Shown in pieces: positions 1 through 10,032 of a DNA stretch of 64,000 nt (positions are counted from its first letter, which is position 1; each line of letters starts with the position of its first letter). The notes beneath the pieces were generated by a model that ran no database searches, was not told where the DNA came from, and saw only the letters and a program-made list of their open reading frames with translations. Origin of the DNA: an uncultured Coriobacteriaceae bacterium (GTDB lineage Bacteria > Actinomycetota > Coriobacteriia > Coriobacteriales > Atopobiaceae); the NCBI GenBank assembly GCA_902778135.1, contig CACYWP010000001.1, forward strand, positions 212,104 through 276,103, read 5' to 3'. The position numbers and the translations under genes were made by a program.

Positions 1-315
1 ATCATGGACTCCGACCTGGGCATCACCCCCTCCAACGACGGCATCACCATCCGCCTGCCGTTCCCCAAGCCGACCGAGGAGCGCCGCAAGGAGCTGGTCA
101 AGGAGTGCAACAGGTATGCCGAGGAGGGCAAGATCGCGGTGCGCAACGCCCGCCGTCACGCCAACGAGAAGGCAGAGCGTGCCGAGAAGGACGGCGAGCT
201 GACCGAGGACGACGTCAAGCGCGAGAAGAAGGCCATCCAGAAGCTGACCGACGAGTACACCAAGTCCGTTGACGAGCTGCTGAAGGCCAAGGCCGCCGAG
301 GTAATGGAGATCTAA
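1..315 (+). CDS. frr: Ribosome recycling factor, C-terminal part (5' end outside window)
   Basis: The frame is open to the window edge. The translation GITIRLPFPKPTEERRKELVKECNRYAEEGKIAVRNARRHANEK...DDVKREKKAIQKLTDEY matches the conserved Frr C-terminus. uppS follows immediately, as in many bacteria. Confidence 0.9.
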   Translation: MMDSDLGITPSNDGITIRLPFPKPTEERRKELVKECNRYAEEGKIAVRNARRHANEKAERAEKDGELTEDDVKREKKAIQKLTDEYTKSVDELLKAKAAEVMEI

Positions 316-316
316 G

Positions 317-1102
317 TTGGAGAGAGACGAAGACCTGCTCCGGGCCTACTTCTCGCCATCGCGTGACGACATTGCGCTCGAGGACATAGACCTCGGGCGC
401 ATTCCCTCACACGTGTCCATCATCATGGACGGCAACGGCCGCTGGGCACAGGCTCGCGGGCTGGACCGTTCGAAGGGACATGTCGCAGGCGTCGACTCGC
501 TGCGCGAGACCGTCACCACGAGCGTGAGGCTGGGGCTCGACGCGCTGTCGGTCTATGCCTTCTCGACCGAGAACTGGAAGCGCCCGCAGCGCGAGGTCGA
601 GCTGCTGATGCACCTGTTCGCGACGACCCTGGTGAAGGAGCTCCCGCTGTTCCACCAGGAGAACGTTCGCCTGCGCTTCCTGGGAGACCTGACGGCGCTG
701 CCCAAGAAGACCTTCGACGTCTTCCAGCAGGGCTTGGACGAGACCGCGGACCACACGGGGATGACCTTCGCGCTGGCCGTCAACTACGGTTCGCGCGCCG
801 AGATGACGCGTGCCTGCCGCACGTTGGCCGAGCGGGCGAGCGCAGGGACGCTCGATCCCGCGGACATCGACGAGGCCATGGTCTCGTCGCAGCTCTACAC
901 GGCGGGCATGCCCGACCCGGAGCTGCTCATCCGCACCTCGGGCGAGCTGCGCCTGTCCAACTACCTGCTCTGGCAGCTGGCATACACCGAGTTCTACGTG
1001 ACCGACATGTATTGGCCCGACTTCGACCGTTGGGAGTTCCTGCGCGCCATCCGCTCATTCCAGGGCAGGGACCGCAGGTTTGGGGGAGTGATCAACCGAT
1101 GA
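317..1102 (+). CDS. uppS: Undecaprenyl (isoprenyl) diphosphate synthase
   Basis: Has the cis-prenyltransferase motifs IIMDGNGRWA and RTSGELRLSNYLLWQLAYTEFY. The TTG start lies 2 nt after the frr stop. Confidence 0.9.
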   Translation: MERDEDLLRAYFSPSRDDIALEDIDLGRIPSHVSIIMDGNGRWAQARGLDRSKGHVAGVDSLRETVTTSVRLGLDALSVYAFSTENWKRPQREVELLMHLFATTLVKELPLFHQENVRLRFLGDLTALPKKTFDVFQQGLDETADHTGMTFALAVNYGSRAEMTRACRTLAERASAGTLDPADIDEAMVSSQLYTAGMPDPELLIRTSGELRLSNYLLWQLAYTEFYVTDMYWPDFDRWEFLRAIRSFQGRDRRFGGVINR

Positions 1103-1929
1103 GTGACGCAAAGCCTGAGGGAACGAGCAAGCTGCTGGTCCGCACGATCGTCGGTGCCGCCTATGCGGTGGCCATCGTGGGCTGCCTGTACGTCGGCGTC
1201 GCCGCGACGGCCGTCGTCGTCTCGGTGATGGGGACGCTCTGCGCCTGGGAGCTGCTGCGGCTGCTGCGCGGGTCCGGGCGACAGCCGAACGAGATGATCG
1301 CGCTGGTCGTGACGGCGCTCTACCCGCTGCTGCCACTGGCACCGGTGCGTGGTGGCGCGACGCTGGTGACCGCCCTCTTGCTCATCGCCTGTGCCGTGTG
1401 GTACATCTACGTGCCCCGCGTCTCCTTCACCGACGTCGCCATGACGGTGCTCGTTCCCGTCTACTGCGGGTTTGCCTTCTCCGCCATCACGTCGATACGC
1501 TACAGCACGCCCGGTTTCGAGGGGTTCCTCCTCACCTTCGGCGTCATGGGCTCCATCTGGCTGAACGACGCAATGGCCTACTTCGTCGGCTCGCGCTTTG
1601 GCAGCCACAAGCTGGCTCCGCGCATCTCGCCCAACAAGAGCTTCGAGGGATTCTGGGGTGGCCTGGTCTCCTGCGTGCTCATCTGGGTGCTGATGTCCGT
1701 GCTGAAGGTTCGTGGCATCAAGCTGATCTACGCGATTCCGTTCGGCCTGCTGGTCGGCCTGGCCGGCGTGCTGGGAGACCTGTTCGAGTCGCGCATCAAG
1801 CGCGGCTTTGCCGTCAAGGACTCGGGCAGCCTCCTGCCGGGGCATGGTGGCATGCTCGACCGCAGCGACGCGCTGCTGTTCGGCTGCATGACCGCATACG
1901 TCCTGCTGCGGCTGGGAGGAATCCTGTGA
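1099..1929 (+). CDS. cdsA: Phosphatidate cytidylyltransferase (CDP-diglyceride synthase)
   Basis: Polytopic membrane protein with the C-terminal signature SRIKRGFAVKDSGSLLPGHGGMLDRSD. The ATG at 1099 overlaps the uppS stop (ATGA). The track ORF start at 1012 lies inside uppS and was rejected. Confidence 0.85.
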   Translation: MSDAKPEGTSKLLVRTIVGAAYAVAIVGCLYVGVAATAVVVSVMGTLCAWELLRLLRGSGRQPNEMIALVVTALYPLLPLAPVRGGATLVTALLLIACAVWYIYVPRVSFTDVAMTVLVPVYCGFAFSAITSIRYSTPGFEGFLLTFGVMGSIWLNDAMAYFVGSRFGSHKLAPRISPNKSFEGFWGGLVSCVLIWVLMSVLKVRGIKLIYAIPFGLLVGLAGVLGDLFESRIKRGFAVKDSGSLLPGHGGMLDRSDALLFGCMTAYVLLRLGGIL

Positions 1930-3125
1930 GCATCTTCGAGGACACCGCACCTCGCAGTCCTCGCCCAAGGCCGCTGCGGGTCGCCGTGCTGGGATGCTCG
2001 GGCTCGATTGGCACCCAGACGCTGGACGTCTGCCGCCAGCATGCGGACAAGGTGAGGGTCGTCGCCCTGTCGGTCTACGGCTCGACCGATGCCCTCGTGT
2101 CGGCCGCGCGCGAGTTCGGCGCGCGTCACGCCTGCGTGGCAGACACGGCCCATGCGGCCGACCCCATCCTCTCCGAGCTGCCCGACGGCTGCGAACTGAC
2201 CGTCGGCGACGACGCCTTGGCCGACCTGGCCGAGCTGCCCGACGTCGACTGCGTGGTTAACGCCCTGGTCGGTGCCGCGGGCATCAAGGCGGGCTATCGC
2301 GCGCTCGCGGCGGGCAAGGTCCTCGCCTATGCGAACAAGGAGTCCATCATCGTCGCCGGCGACCTCCTGATGCCGCTGGCACGCCCCGGCATGCTGATAC
2401 CGGTCGACTCCGAGCACAGCGCGATATTCCAGAGCCTGGTGGAGGAGCGCGCCCGTGACATCCACAGGCTGTGGCTGACCTGCTCGGGTGGTCCCTTCTA
2501 CGGCAGGAGCCGCTCCGAACTGGCCCATGTCACGGCCGCCGATGCCCTTGCGCATCCGACATGGCTGATGGGGGCCAAGATCACCATCGACTCCGCGACG
2601 CTGATGAACAAGGGGTTCGAGGTCCTGGAGGCCCATCACCTCTTCGAGGTGGACGTGGACGACGTGCGGGTGCTGGTGCAGCGCCAGAGCCGCATCCACT
2701 CGATGGTCGAGTTCGTCGACGGATCCTCCATCGCCCAGCTGGGGCCCTCCGACATGCGCATCCCCATCCAATACGCCCTCAGCTATCCCGAGCGCTGGGA
2801 GACGCCCTCCCCGCGCATGGACTGGTGTGCGGAGCCGCCGCTCACCTTCGGCGAGGCGGACGAGGAGAGCTTCGGCTGCCTGGCGCTGGCACGCGAGGCG
2901 GGCCGTGTCGGGGGCACGATGCCCTGCGTCCTCAATGCCGCCAACGAGGTCGCCAACGAGGCCTTCCGGCGGGATGCGTGCGGCTTCCTCGACATCGAGC
3001 GCATCGTACGCACGGTGGTCGAGGCGCATGACGTCCAGCGGGTCGAGAGCCTCGGGCAACTGGACCAGATCGATCGAAAGGCACGCGAGGATGCGCGTGC
3101 CGCGCTTGCGGAAGTGATGCAATGA
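1926..3125 (+). CDS. dxr: 1-deoxy-D-xylulose 5-phosphate reductoisomerase
   Basis: Shows VAVLGCSGSIGTQTLDV (NADPH fold), DSEHSAIFQ and NKGFEVLEAHHLF. The GTG at 1926 overlaps the cdsA stop. The upstream part of the 575-aa track ORF is out-of-frame overlap with cdsA. Confidence 0.9.
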   Translation: MSIFEDTAPRSPRPRPLRVAVLGCSGSIGTQTLDVCRQHADKVRVVALSVYGSTDALVSAAREFGARHACVADTAHAADPILSELPDGCELTVGDDALADLAELPDVDCVVNALVGAAGIKAGYRALAAGKVLAYANKESIIVAGDLLMPLARPGMLIPVDSEHSAIFQSLVEERARDIHRLWLTCSGGPFYGRSRSELAHVTAADALAHPTWLMGAKITIDSATLMNKGFEVLEAHHLFEVDVDDVRVLVQRQSRIHSMVEFVDGSSIAQLGPSDMRIPIQYALSYPERWETPSPRMDWCAEPPLTFGEADEESFGCLALAREAGRVGGTMPCVLNAANEVANEAFRRDACGFLDIERIVRTVVEAHDVQRVESLGQLDQIDRKAREDARAALAEVMQ

Positions 3126-4507
3126 GCTTTATCACGTCGTTCCTCTCGGCAGTGTTCTGGGGACTGCTGGTGCTGTCCCTGCTGGTCGGCGCGCACGAGG
3201 GCGGGCACTTCCTGGCCGCCCGCGCCTTCGGCATGCGCGTGACGGAGTTCTTCCTGGGGCTGCCGTTCCGCTACCACCTGTCGACGAAGTCCCCCCGCTA
3301 TGGCACCGAGTTCGGCGTCACGCCCATCCTGCTGGGCGGGTACAACCGCATCTGCGGCATGGAGGGCAACCTCGACGACCTGCTGGCTCCGGCGCTGGGC
3401 ATCGTGCAGCGCGAGGGTCGCGTCCTGGCCAGCGACTTGGCTCGCGAGCTGGGGATAGAGGAGGATCGCGCCTACGACATCCTGGCGGTCCTGGCCGACA
3501 TGGGCTCCATCAGGCCCTACTTCGACCCCGAGCGCGGCGAGCACCCCTGGCAGTCGGACTATCCCGCGGCCTTCGAGACACTGCGCCGCGACGCGGGCAT
3601 GCTGACCGAGTACGATGCGGGCCACGACTTCGCCAGCTCCGGGACGACCGATGCCGGCGCGCCGCGTCCCGTCTCGGATGCCGATGCGTTCCTGGCGGAC
3701 GAGACCACCCACACCTATCGCGGCAAGGGCTTCCTTGCGCGGCTGGTCACGCTGGCTGCCGGGCCCGCCGTCAACATCGCCCTGGCATTCGTGCTGGTGG
3801 TGGGGTCGCTGATGACCTCCGGCGTCGAGGTCAACGCGAACTCGAACGTGTTGGGTGACGTGGCGGAGGACTCGTATGCCCAGGCCGCGGGCCTGCAGGC
3901 GGGCGACCGCATCCTCCAGGTCGGTGACCAGACGGTCACCTCATGGGTCACGCTCTGCGAGGCCATCGACCGCAGCCTCGAGGCGGGCGGCAACATCAGG
4001 ATCGCCTACGAGCGCGACAGCGCGACCTACGAGACGACCGTCATCATCCCCGAGGGCCAGAAGGTCGATGCGATCGGCGTGATCGCCCTCATGGAGACCT
4101 ACCGTCCCACCTTCCCCGAGGCGATGTCGGTCGCCGTGTCCTACGTGACGCTGGTCGCGCGCACCGTCGCGCGCATCATCATGCCCCAGCACACCCTGGA
4201 GGTCGTCAGCCAGTCGTCGTCGATCGTGGGCATCTCCGCCATGGCGTCCGAGGCCGCTGCCTCGGGCATCGCCGACCTGGTCCTGCTCGCGGCCGCCGTG
4301 TCGCTGTCGCTGGGCTTCATGAACCTGCTGCCCATCCCGCCCCTCGACGGTGGCAAGATTCTGCTGGAGATCATCCAGCTAATCACCCGCAAGCCGATCT
4401 CGGCACGCACCGAGAGCGCGGTCAGCTACCTTGGCCTGGCGTTCTTCCTGTTCATCTTCTGCTTTGCGGTGCGCAACGACATCGTGCGCCTGCTGGGCAT
4501 CGGCTGA
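3122..4507 (+). CDS. rseP: M50 site-2 zinc metalloprotease with PDZ-like insert (RseP/Rip1-like)
   Basis: HEGGHFLAARAFG (HExxH) sits in the first TM region. There is an internal PDZ-like segment (AAGLQAGDRILQVGDQ) and a C-terminal NLLPIPPLDGG motif. The start overlaps the dxr stop. Confidence 0.85.
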   Translation: MSFITSFLSAVFWGLLVLSLLVGAHEGGHFLAARAFGMRVTEFFLGLPFRYHLSTKSPRYGTEFGVTPILLGGYNRICGMEGNLDDLLAPALGIVQREGRVLASDLARELGIEEDRAYDILAVLADMGSIRPYFDPERGEHPWQSDYPAAFETLRRDAGMLTEYDAGHDFASSGTTDAGAPRPVSDADAFLADETTHTYRGKGFLARLVTLAAGPAVNIALAFVLVVGSLMTSGVEVNANSNVLGDVAEDSYAQAAGLQAGDRILQVGDQTVTSWVTLCEAIDRSLEAGGNIRIAYERDSATYETTVIIPEGQKVDAIGVIALMETYRPTFPEAMSVAVSYVTLVARTVARIIMPQHTLEVVSQSSSIVGISAMASEAAASGIADLVLLAAAVSLSLGFMNLLPIPPLDGGKILLEIIQLITRKPISARTESAVSYLGLAFFLFIFCFAVRNDIVRLLGIG

Positions 4508-4520
4508 GGGGGCGATACCC

Positions 4521-5615
4521 ATGAGCAACGACAGTCCTTCGGTCGTCGCCAAAGCTGCGCGCGACGCGACCAGGCGGGTCATGGTCGGGTCCGTCGCCAT
4601 CGGTGGGGGAGCGCCGGTCAGCGTCCAGTCCATGTGCAACACCAAGACGGCGGACGCGGAGGCGACGCTCGCGCAGATCCGCCAGCTGGCCCAGGCTGGC
4701 TGCGAGATCATTCGCGTGACGGTGCCCGACAAGGCGTCGCTCGACCCCTTCGGGCGCATCTGCGCCGAGTCCCCGCTGCCGGTCGTGGCCGACATCCACT
4801 TCGACCACAGGCTGGCCATCGGCGCGGCGCGGCACGGGGCCGCGGCCATGCGCATCAATCCCGGCAACATCGGCTCGTTCGACCGTGTGGACGAGGTCAT
4901 CGACGCGGCGGGAGAGGAGGGCTGCGCCATCCGCATCGGCGTCAACGCCGGCTCGCTGGACCCCGCCGTGGGGGAGCGCACCGACCTCACGCTGCCCGAG
5001 AAGCTCGTCGCCTCGTCGGTCTCCTTCGTCGAGCACTTCGAGCGCCGCGGCTTCTCCGACATCGTGCTGTCCGCAAAGGCACACTCCGTGCCGGTGACGC
5101 TGGAGACCTACCGCGCGCTCTCGCGCGAGCTGCCCGACATCCCGCTGCACCTGGGGGTCACCGAGGCCGGCACCCTGCGCCAGGGCACGGTGAAGAACTC
5201 GGTCGGCGTGGGAATCCTGCTGGCCGAGGGCATCGGCAACACCATCCGCCTGTCGCTGACGGCCGACCCCGTCGAGGAGGTCGACGTCGCCTGGGACCTG
5301 CTCTCGTCGTTGGGCATGCGTCGCCTGCATCCGGAGCTCGTCAGCTGCCCGACCTGCGGGCGGACCCAGGTCGACCTGATAGGCCTGGCCGAGCAGGTCT
5401 CCTCGCGCCTCTCGCGCACCAACGCGCCCATCAGCGTCGCCGTGATGGGCTGCGTGGTCAACGGGCCGGGCGAGGCTCGCGATGCGGACATCGGCATCGC
5501 CTGCGGCAAGGGCCAGGGGCTGCTCTTCGCCAACGGCGAGCCCATCCGCAAGGTGCGCGAGGACGAGATGGTCGACGAGCTGTTCGCCGAGATCGAGCGG
5601 CGGTTTGGCGTGTAG
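4521..5615 (+). CDS. ispG: 4-hydroxy-3-methylbut-2-en-1-yl diphosphate synthase
   Basis: Contains VSVQSMCNTKT, RINPGNIG and C-terminal Fe-S cysteines (SCPTCGRT, GCVVNGPGE). The ATG at 4521 is preceded by GAGGGGG. Confidence 0.9.
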   Translation: MSNDSPSVVAKAARDATRRVMVGSVAIGGGAPVSVQSMCNTKTADAEATLAQIRQLAQAGCEIIRVTVPDKASLDPFGRICAESPLPVVADIHFDHRLAIGAARHGAAAMRINPGNIGSFDRVDEVIDAAGEEGCAIRIGVNAGSLDPAVGERTDLTLPEKLVASSVSFVEHFERRGFSDIVLSAKAHSVPVTLETYRALSRELPDIPLHLGVTEAGTLRQGTVKNSVGVGILLAEGIGNTIRLSLTADPVEEVDVAWDLLSSLGMRRLHPELVSCPTCGRTQVDLIGLAEQVSSRLSRTNAPISVAVMGCVVNGPGEARDADIGIACGKGQGLLFANGEPIRKVREDEMVDELFAEIERRFGV

Positions 5616-5685
5616 GCTCCCATACCGGGCAGACGAAGGCGCATTCCACGCAGAACATGCGCGCGGTGACGCGTGCGGAAAGGAT

Positions 5686-7404
5686 ATGGCACCCATGAAG
5701 CACTATATGAAGATGTCCCAGCTCTACGCCCCCACGCTGAAGGAGGACCCGGCCGAGGCGGAGCTGGCCAGCCACAAGCTGCTGCTGCGCGCCGGCATGA
5801 TCCGCAAGACGGCAGCCGGCCTCTACAGCTACCTTCCGCTGGCATGGCGCTCGCTGCTGAAGATCGAGGCCGTCATCCGCGAGGAGATGGAGGCCATCGG
5901 CGCCCAGGAGATCCAGGTGCCGATGATCGTGCCGGGCGAGATCTGGCAGGAGTCCGGCCGCTGGGACGTCTATGGCCCCGAGCTGCTGCGTCTCAAGGAC
6001 CGTCACGGCCGCGACTTCGTCGTGGGCCCCACGCACGAGGAGACCTTCGTCGACCTCGTCCGCAACGAGCTGCGCTCCTACAAGCAGCTGCCCGTCACGA
6101 TCTACCAGATCCAGGACAAGTTCCGCGACGAGATGCGCCCCCGCTTCGGCCTCATGCGCGGCCGCGAGTTCATCATGAAGGACGCCTACTCCTTCGACGC
6201 GACCGTCGAGGGGATGCAGCGCAGCTACGATGACGAGAAGGCTGCCTACGCGCGCATATGCGAGCGGTGCGGGCTGCGCGCCCTGCCGGTCGTCGCCGAC
6301 TCCGGCCAGATCGGTGGGGACACCTCGGTGGAGTACATGGCCCTGGCGGATGCCGGCGAGGCCGAGCTGGTCTGGTGTGACTGCAACTATGCCGCCGACG
6401 TCGAGGCCGCCTGCGTGGGCATCGCCGTCGACGAGGGCCCGGCAGGTGACTGCGAGCGCATCGAGACCCCGTGCGAGGGGACGATCGCCTCGCTGGCCGC
6501 CTTCCTCGGCGTCACCGAGCGCGCCTGCCGCAAGAGCTTTGCCATCATCGCCGAGGACGAGACTCCCGTGCTCTGCCTGCTGCCGGGCGACCACGAGCTG
6601 AACGAGGTCAAGGCCGAGCATGCCTTCGGCCACTACGACGTGATGAGCGAGGAGCAGATGGCCGAGTATGGCCTGGTGAAGGGCTACATGGGCCCCGTCG
6701 GCGCAGACGAGCGCGTGCGCATCGTGGCCGATGTCTCCCTGCGCGACACGCAGAGCTGGCTCATCGGTGCCAACGAGGCGGGCTATCACATCAAGGGCGC
6801 CCGTCCGGGTCGCGACTTCGAGGTCGACGAGTGGCTGGACCTGGCCTCCGCCAGGGAGGGCGACGCCTGCCCGCATTGCGGCAAGCCCCTGCATGCCGCC
6901 CGCGGCATCGAGGTCTCCCAGGTCTTCCAGCTGGGCACCAAGTACTCCGAGGCCATGGGGGCCACCTTCATGGACGAGGACGGCGTCGAGAAGCCCTTCC
7001 AGATGGGCTGCTATGGCATCGGCGTCAGCCGCACCCTGGCCGCCGTCGTCGAGCAGCACCACGATGATCAGGGCATCATCTGGCCGGTCTGCGTCGCACC
7101 CTACGAGGTGGAGATCGTGCCGCTCGACGCCAAGGGCGAGGTCTGGGACGCGGCCAGCCGCGTCGCCGACGAGCTGGTCGGGCTTGGCATCGAGGTCGTC
7201 GTGGACGACCGCAAGGAGCGTCCCGGCGTCAAGTTCAACGATGCCGACCTGATGGGCTTCCCGTACCAGGTCGTCTGCGGCAGGCGTGGCGTGAAGAACG
7301 GGACCGTCGAGGTCAAGGAGCGCGCCACCGGCGAGCGCACCGACGTCGCGATCGACGAGGTCGCCGCCTACCTGGCGGAGAGGGTCGTCTCCGAGCGCCT
7401 CTAG
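5686..7404 (+). CDS. proS: Prolyl-tRNA synthetase (bacterial type with editing insertion)
   Basis: Class II aaRS motifs (RPRFGLMRGREFIMKDAYSF, GCYGIGVSR), a long insertion domain and a C-terminal anticodon-binding domain. In-frame ATGs within about 30 nt downstream are alternative starts. Confidence 0.9.
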   Translation: MAPMKHYMKMSQLYAPTLKEDPAEAELASHKLLLRAGMIRKTAAGLYSYLPLAWRSLLKIEAVIREEMEAIGAQEIQVPMIVPGEIWQESGRWDVYGPELLRLKDRHGRDFVVGPTHEETFVDLVRNELRSYKQLPVTIYQIQDKFRDEMRPRFGLMRGREFIMKDAYSFDATVEGMQRSYDDEKAAYARICERCGLRALPVVADSGQIGGDTSVEYMALADAGEAELVWCDCNYAADVEAACVGIAVDEGPAGDCERIETPCEGTIASLAAFLGVTERACRKSFAIIAEDETPVLCLLPGDHELNEVKAEHAFGHYDVMSEEQMAEYGLVKGYMGPVGADERVRIVADVSLRDTQSWLIGANEAGYHIKGARPGRDFEVDEWLDLASAREGDACPHCGKPLHAARGIEVSQVFQLGTKYSEAMGATFMDEDGVEKPFQMGCYGIGVSRTLAAVVEQHHDDQGIIWPVCVAPYEVEIVPLDAKGEVWDAASRVADELVGLGIEVVVDDRKERPGVKFNDADLMGFPYQVVCGRRGVKNGTVEVKERATGERTDVAIDEVAAYLAERVVSERL

Positions 7405-7552
7405 CGGCCGTCACATAGGGACGAGGTCACGGCGCCCTGCCCGCCTACGCTTGGCGGTCAGGGCGCTGCCATCTGTCGCGCATAGGTCCACCGAGGCGGT
7501 CACGGCGAGTAGCATCGCAGGTAGAAGCCCTCAACGTGGGAAGGGAGCAACG

Positions 7553-8230
7553 ATGAGCTACCTGTACCTGTGTCCCATCTGCCTGGTCATCGCCGCGGTC
7601 TTCATTGCCATCGAGAAGATGGGGATGTACCTGGTCGCCGATGTCATCAAGGGAGTGGCGTCGGCCTTCTTCGTCGCGTTGGGAATCCTGAGCGCCTTGA
7701 TGTGCAACGATCCCGACCATGCGCGCATGGTCGTGGTGGGCCTCGTCCTGGGGATGGTGGCCGACGTACTGCTCAACCTGCGCTACGTCTACGAGGGCAG
7801 CAAGGCCAAGATCGCCTTCCTCACGGGCATCCTCGTCTTTCTGGGCGGGCACGTCTGCTACATCATCGCATGCCTGCGCTTCTGCGCATGGCCGGTGGTG
7901 GCGACGGTGCTGGGCGTCGCGTTGGCGGCGGCACTGCTGTGGTGGATATTCGCGCATGTCGAGGCCCAGGTCGCCTTCAAGGTCTTCGGCGTGTTCTACA
8001 TCGGTGCCATCACGGTGCTCAACTGCGTGGTGCTGATGGCGCTGATTGCCGACCCCAGCCAGCACTGGCTGATGTTCTTCGCAGGCACGCTGCTGTTCCT
8101 GGTGAGCGACGTCATACTCATCCTCAACACCTTCGGGCCGCGGCAGAGCTTCGTGATGCGCGTCTCGAACCTCATGCTCTACTACGTCGGCCAGTTGCTC
8201 ATCGCACTGTGCCTGCAGCTGCCGCTCTGA
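7553..8230 (+). CDS. YhhN-family (lysoplasmalogenase-like) membrane protein
   Basis: About 225 aa and all hydrophobic helices. Two acidic-motif helices (GLVLGMVADVLL and LLFLVSDVILIL) are typical of YhhN/TMEM86. The family call is from memory of the motif pattern. Confidence 0.6.
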   Translation: MSYLYLCPICLVIAAVFIAIEKMGMYLVADVIKGVASAFFVALGILSALMCNDPDHARMVVVGLVLGMVADVLLNLRYVYEGSKAKIAFLTGILVFLGGHVCYIIACLRFCAWPVVATVLGVALAAALLWWIFAHVEAQVAFKVFGVFYIGAITVLNCVVLMALIADPSQHWLMFFAGTLLFLVSDVILILNTFGPRQSFVMRVSNLMLYYVGQLLIALCLQLPL

Positions 8231-8406
8231 AAGCGGCAGGTCTGCCGCAGACCGATTCGTTTGCCCCGCTTGTGGGTCAGAACGGGTTTCCGGATTGCGT
8301 TGATGGTCTGAAGTGCGCGTGTTGACTTGCGTCTTTGGGCCTCATGCCCGCCCGTCGATGCCATAATGGAAAAGCTTGCACCCCTAGGGCAAAGGAGCGT
8401 TACGCC

Positions 8407-9837
8407 ATGGGCGATGACCTGCTTGAGCAGATAAACCAATCCATCGAGTACAACGAGTTGCTCGATGATGACGTTGCATTCGACGACTCGGTGAGCGATG
8501 CCGACGCCGCCATAGAGTCCCTGCGCACCGAAGACACCATGGACATCGGCAACACGTCCGACTTCGTGACCTACGAGGCCGTCGCGCCCGTGGCCGTCGA
8601 CCCCGAGCTGGACGGCTTCCACGTCTATGGCATCGGTGGCGGCGGCCTGGCCTCGGCCAGCCCCTTCATCGAGGAGGACGAGGCTCCCCAGACGTTCGAC
8701 GAAGTCGAGGAGGAGCAGCCCCAGGACGAGGAAGAGAACGACAAGTCGGCCGTCGTGGGACGCGTCATCGCGGGCGTCGCCGGCCTTGCGCTGGTCGCCT
8801 CCATCGGCGTGTTCGCGCTGCCCCGCATCCTGGGGGGACATGACAGCGAGCCTGTGGCCGAACAGCCCCAGCCCGAGCCCGAGCCCGAGCCGGAGGAGCC
8901 TCAGGAAGAGCCGAAGGAGAAGGTCAAGATCGTCACCGCCGACCTGAACGCCTCCAAGATCGTGGCGCTCATCGGGACGCTGCCCTCCGTCGATGACGAA
9001 TTCCTGTCCCTGGTCGCCTCCGAAGTCGACGTGCAGGTGCGTGACGGCAGGGTGCTGGTGACCCACACGGTCCCCGACGGTGTCGTGGTCGACGCCGACT
9101 CCCTGGCCCACATGGCGGGCCTGCGCTCCAACCGCCTTGCTGCCCTGCTGACCGGCAAGACGGTCGGCCAGGGCCCCGACGAGGAGGGCGCCCCGTTCAA
9201 AGACCTGACGTGGGTCGTGCGCAACGCGGCCGGCGAAGCCTACCTGGCAACGGTCGAGGGTCCCGGCGAGGATCGCGAGACGGGCAAGCGCTATGGCATC
9301 ATAGCTGGCTCGAGGGGCTATGTCCTCTCTCCGACGATGGTCGAGCTGCTGGGCTCGGACTCCGGTCTCGAGGAGAAGGCGGGGGAGGTCCCAACCGACC
9401 TGGACGGTAACGAGATCGCGGCGCTGGCAATCGTGACCTTGGCAAAGGCGCCGGCTCCGAGCGACAAACAGACCGCTCCGCGACAGACCCAGACCCAGAC
9501 GACCACCAACCGGACCACCACGCCTGTCGTGACGAACGACTACAGCTACGACTACTCCTATGACGACGGCGGCGACTCCTCGGGTGGCTACAGCGCGCCC
9601 TCGACCCCGTCGACGCCCTCGACGCCGAGCACGCCCTCGACCCCGTCGACCCCCTCGACGCCGAGCACGCCCTCGACCCCGTCGACCCCGTCGACGCCCT
9701 CGACGCCGAGCACGCCCTCGACCCCGAGCACGCCCTCGACCGATACGCCGGTCGACGACTCCGGCAGCGGATCCGACTTCGTCGACGATGGCGGCGGCTC
9801 GGGTGCCGTCGACGACTCCGGCAGCGGCGGCGAGTAG
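8407..9837 (+). CDS. Hypothetical single-pass membrane protein with acidic N-terminus and C-terminal (STP)n repeat
   Basis: AAGGAG lies 11 nt upstream of the ATG at 8407. There is one hydrophobic span (VIAGVAGLALVASIGVFALP), codon usage is GC3-rich, and the tail holds 15 STP units. No recognisable enzymatic motif. Confidence 0.6.
   Translation: MGDDLLEQINQSIEYNELLDDDVAFDDSVSDADAAIESLRTEDTMDIGNTSDFVTYEAVAPVAVDPELDGFHVYGIGGGGLASASPFIEEDEAPQTFDEVEEEQPQDEEENDKSAVVGRVIAGVAGLALVASIGVFALPRILGGHDSEPVAEQPQPEPEPEPEEPQEEPKEKVKIVTADLNASKIVALIGTLPSVDDEFLSLVASEVDVQVRDGRVLVTHTVPDGVVVDADSLAHMAGLRSNRLAALLTGKTVGQGPDEEGAPFKDLTWVVRNAAGEAYLATVEGPGEDRETGKRYGIIAGSRGYVLSPTMVELLGSDSGLEEKAGEVPTDLDGNEIAALAIVTLAKAPAPSDKQTAPRQTQTQTTTNRTTTPVVTNDYSYDYSYDDGGDSSGGYSAPSTPSTPSTPSTPSTPSTPSTPSTPSTPSTPSTPSTPSTPSTPSTPSTDTPVDDSGSGSDFVDDGGGSGAVDDSGSGGE
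9601..9741 (+). repeat. Coding tandem repeat: 15 x 9-bp (Ser-Thr-Pro) units with 36-bp higher-order periodicity
   Basis: Read directly: tcgaccccg/tcgacgccc/tcgacgccg/agcacgccc blocks recur three times with small variations. Confidence 0.9.
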
Positions 9838-9985
9838 CGTCCGCGCCATGGCATGAGACGCAAGGGGTGGCAGGCCGAAAGGTCGCCACCCCTTTCGATT
9901 CGCCAGCCGACCAGCCGGAATGTCGCGCCTGTCTGCGGGCTGGGGGTGACGGCGAAGCAATTTCCAAAAAAGTTGAGATTGTCGC

Positions 9986-10013
9986 TTGACCGTGGCCGTG
10001 ACTTTGGTAATAT
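9986..10013 (+). promoter_or_regulatory. Candidate sigma70-type promoter for the tRNA cluster
   Basis: TTGACC (9986-9991), a 16-nt spacer, then TAATAT (10008-10013), about 20 nt upstream of tRNA-Ala. Pattern match only. Confidence 0.4.
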
Positions 10014-10032
10014 ACCTCTTGCACCAACCCAC

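Noticed and set aside
5616-5685. T-box or other leader upstream of proS; riboswitches upstream of the GH1 and glp-like genes
   Set aside because: The intergenic regions are too short (about 70-120 nt). I could not see specifier/T-box or other conserved riboswitch cores by eye. An Rfam scan would be needed to be sure.
8182-10032. 616-aa minus-strand ORF, extremely Arg/Gly-rich
   Set aside because: It is antisense to the well-supported 8407-9837 gene and is a frame-shadow of the (STP)n repeat. It also runs into the tRNA promoter region. Long stop-free antisense frames are expected at this GC content.
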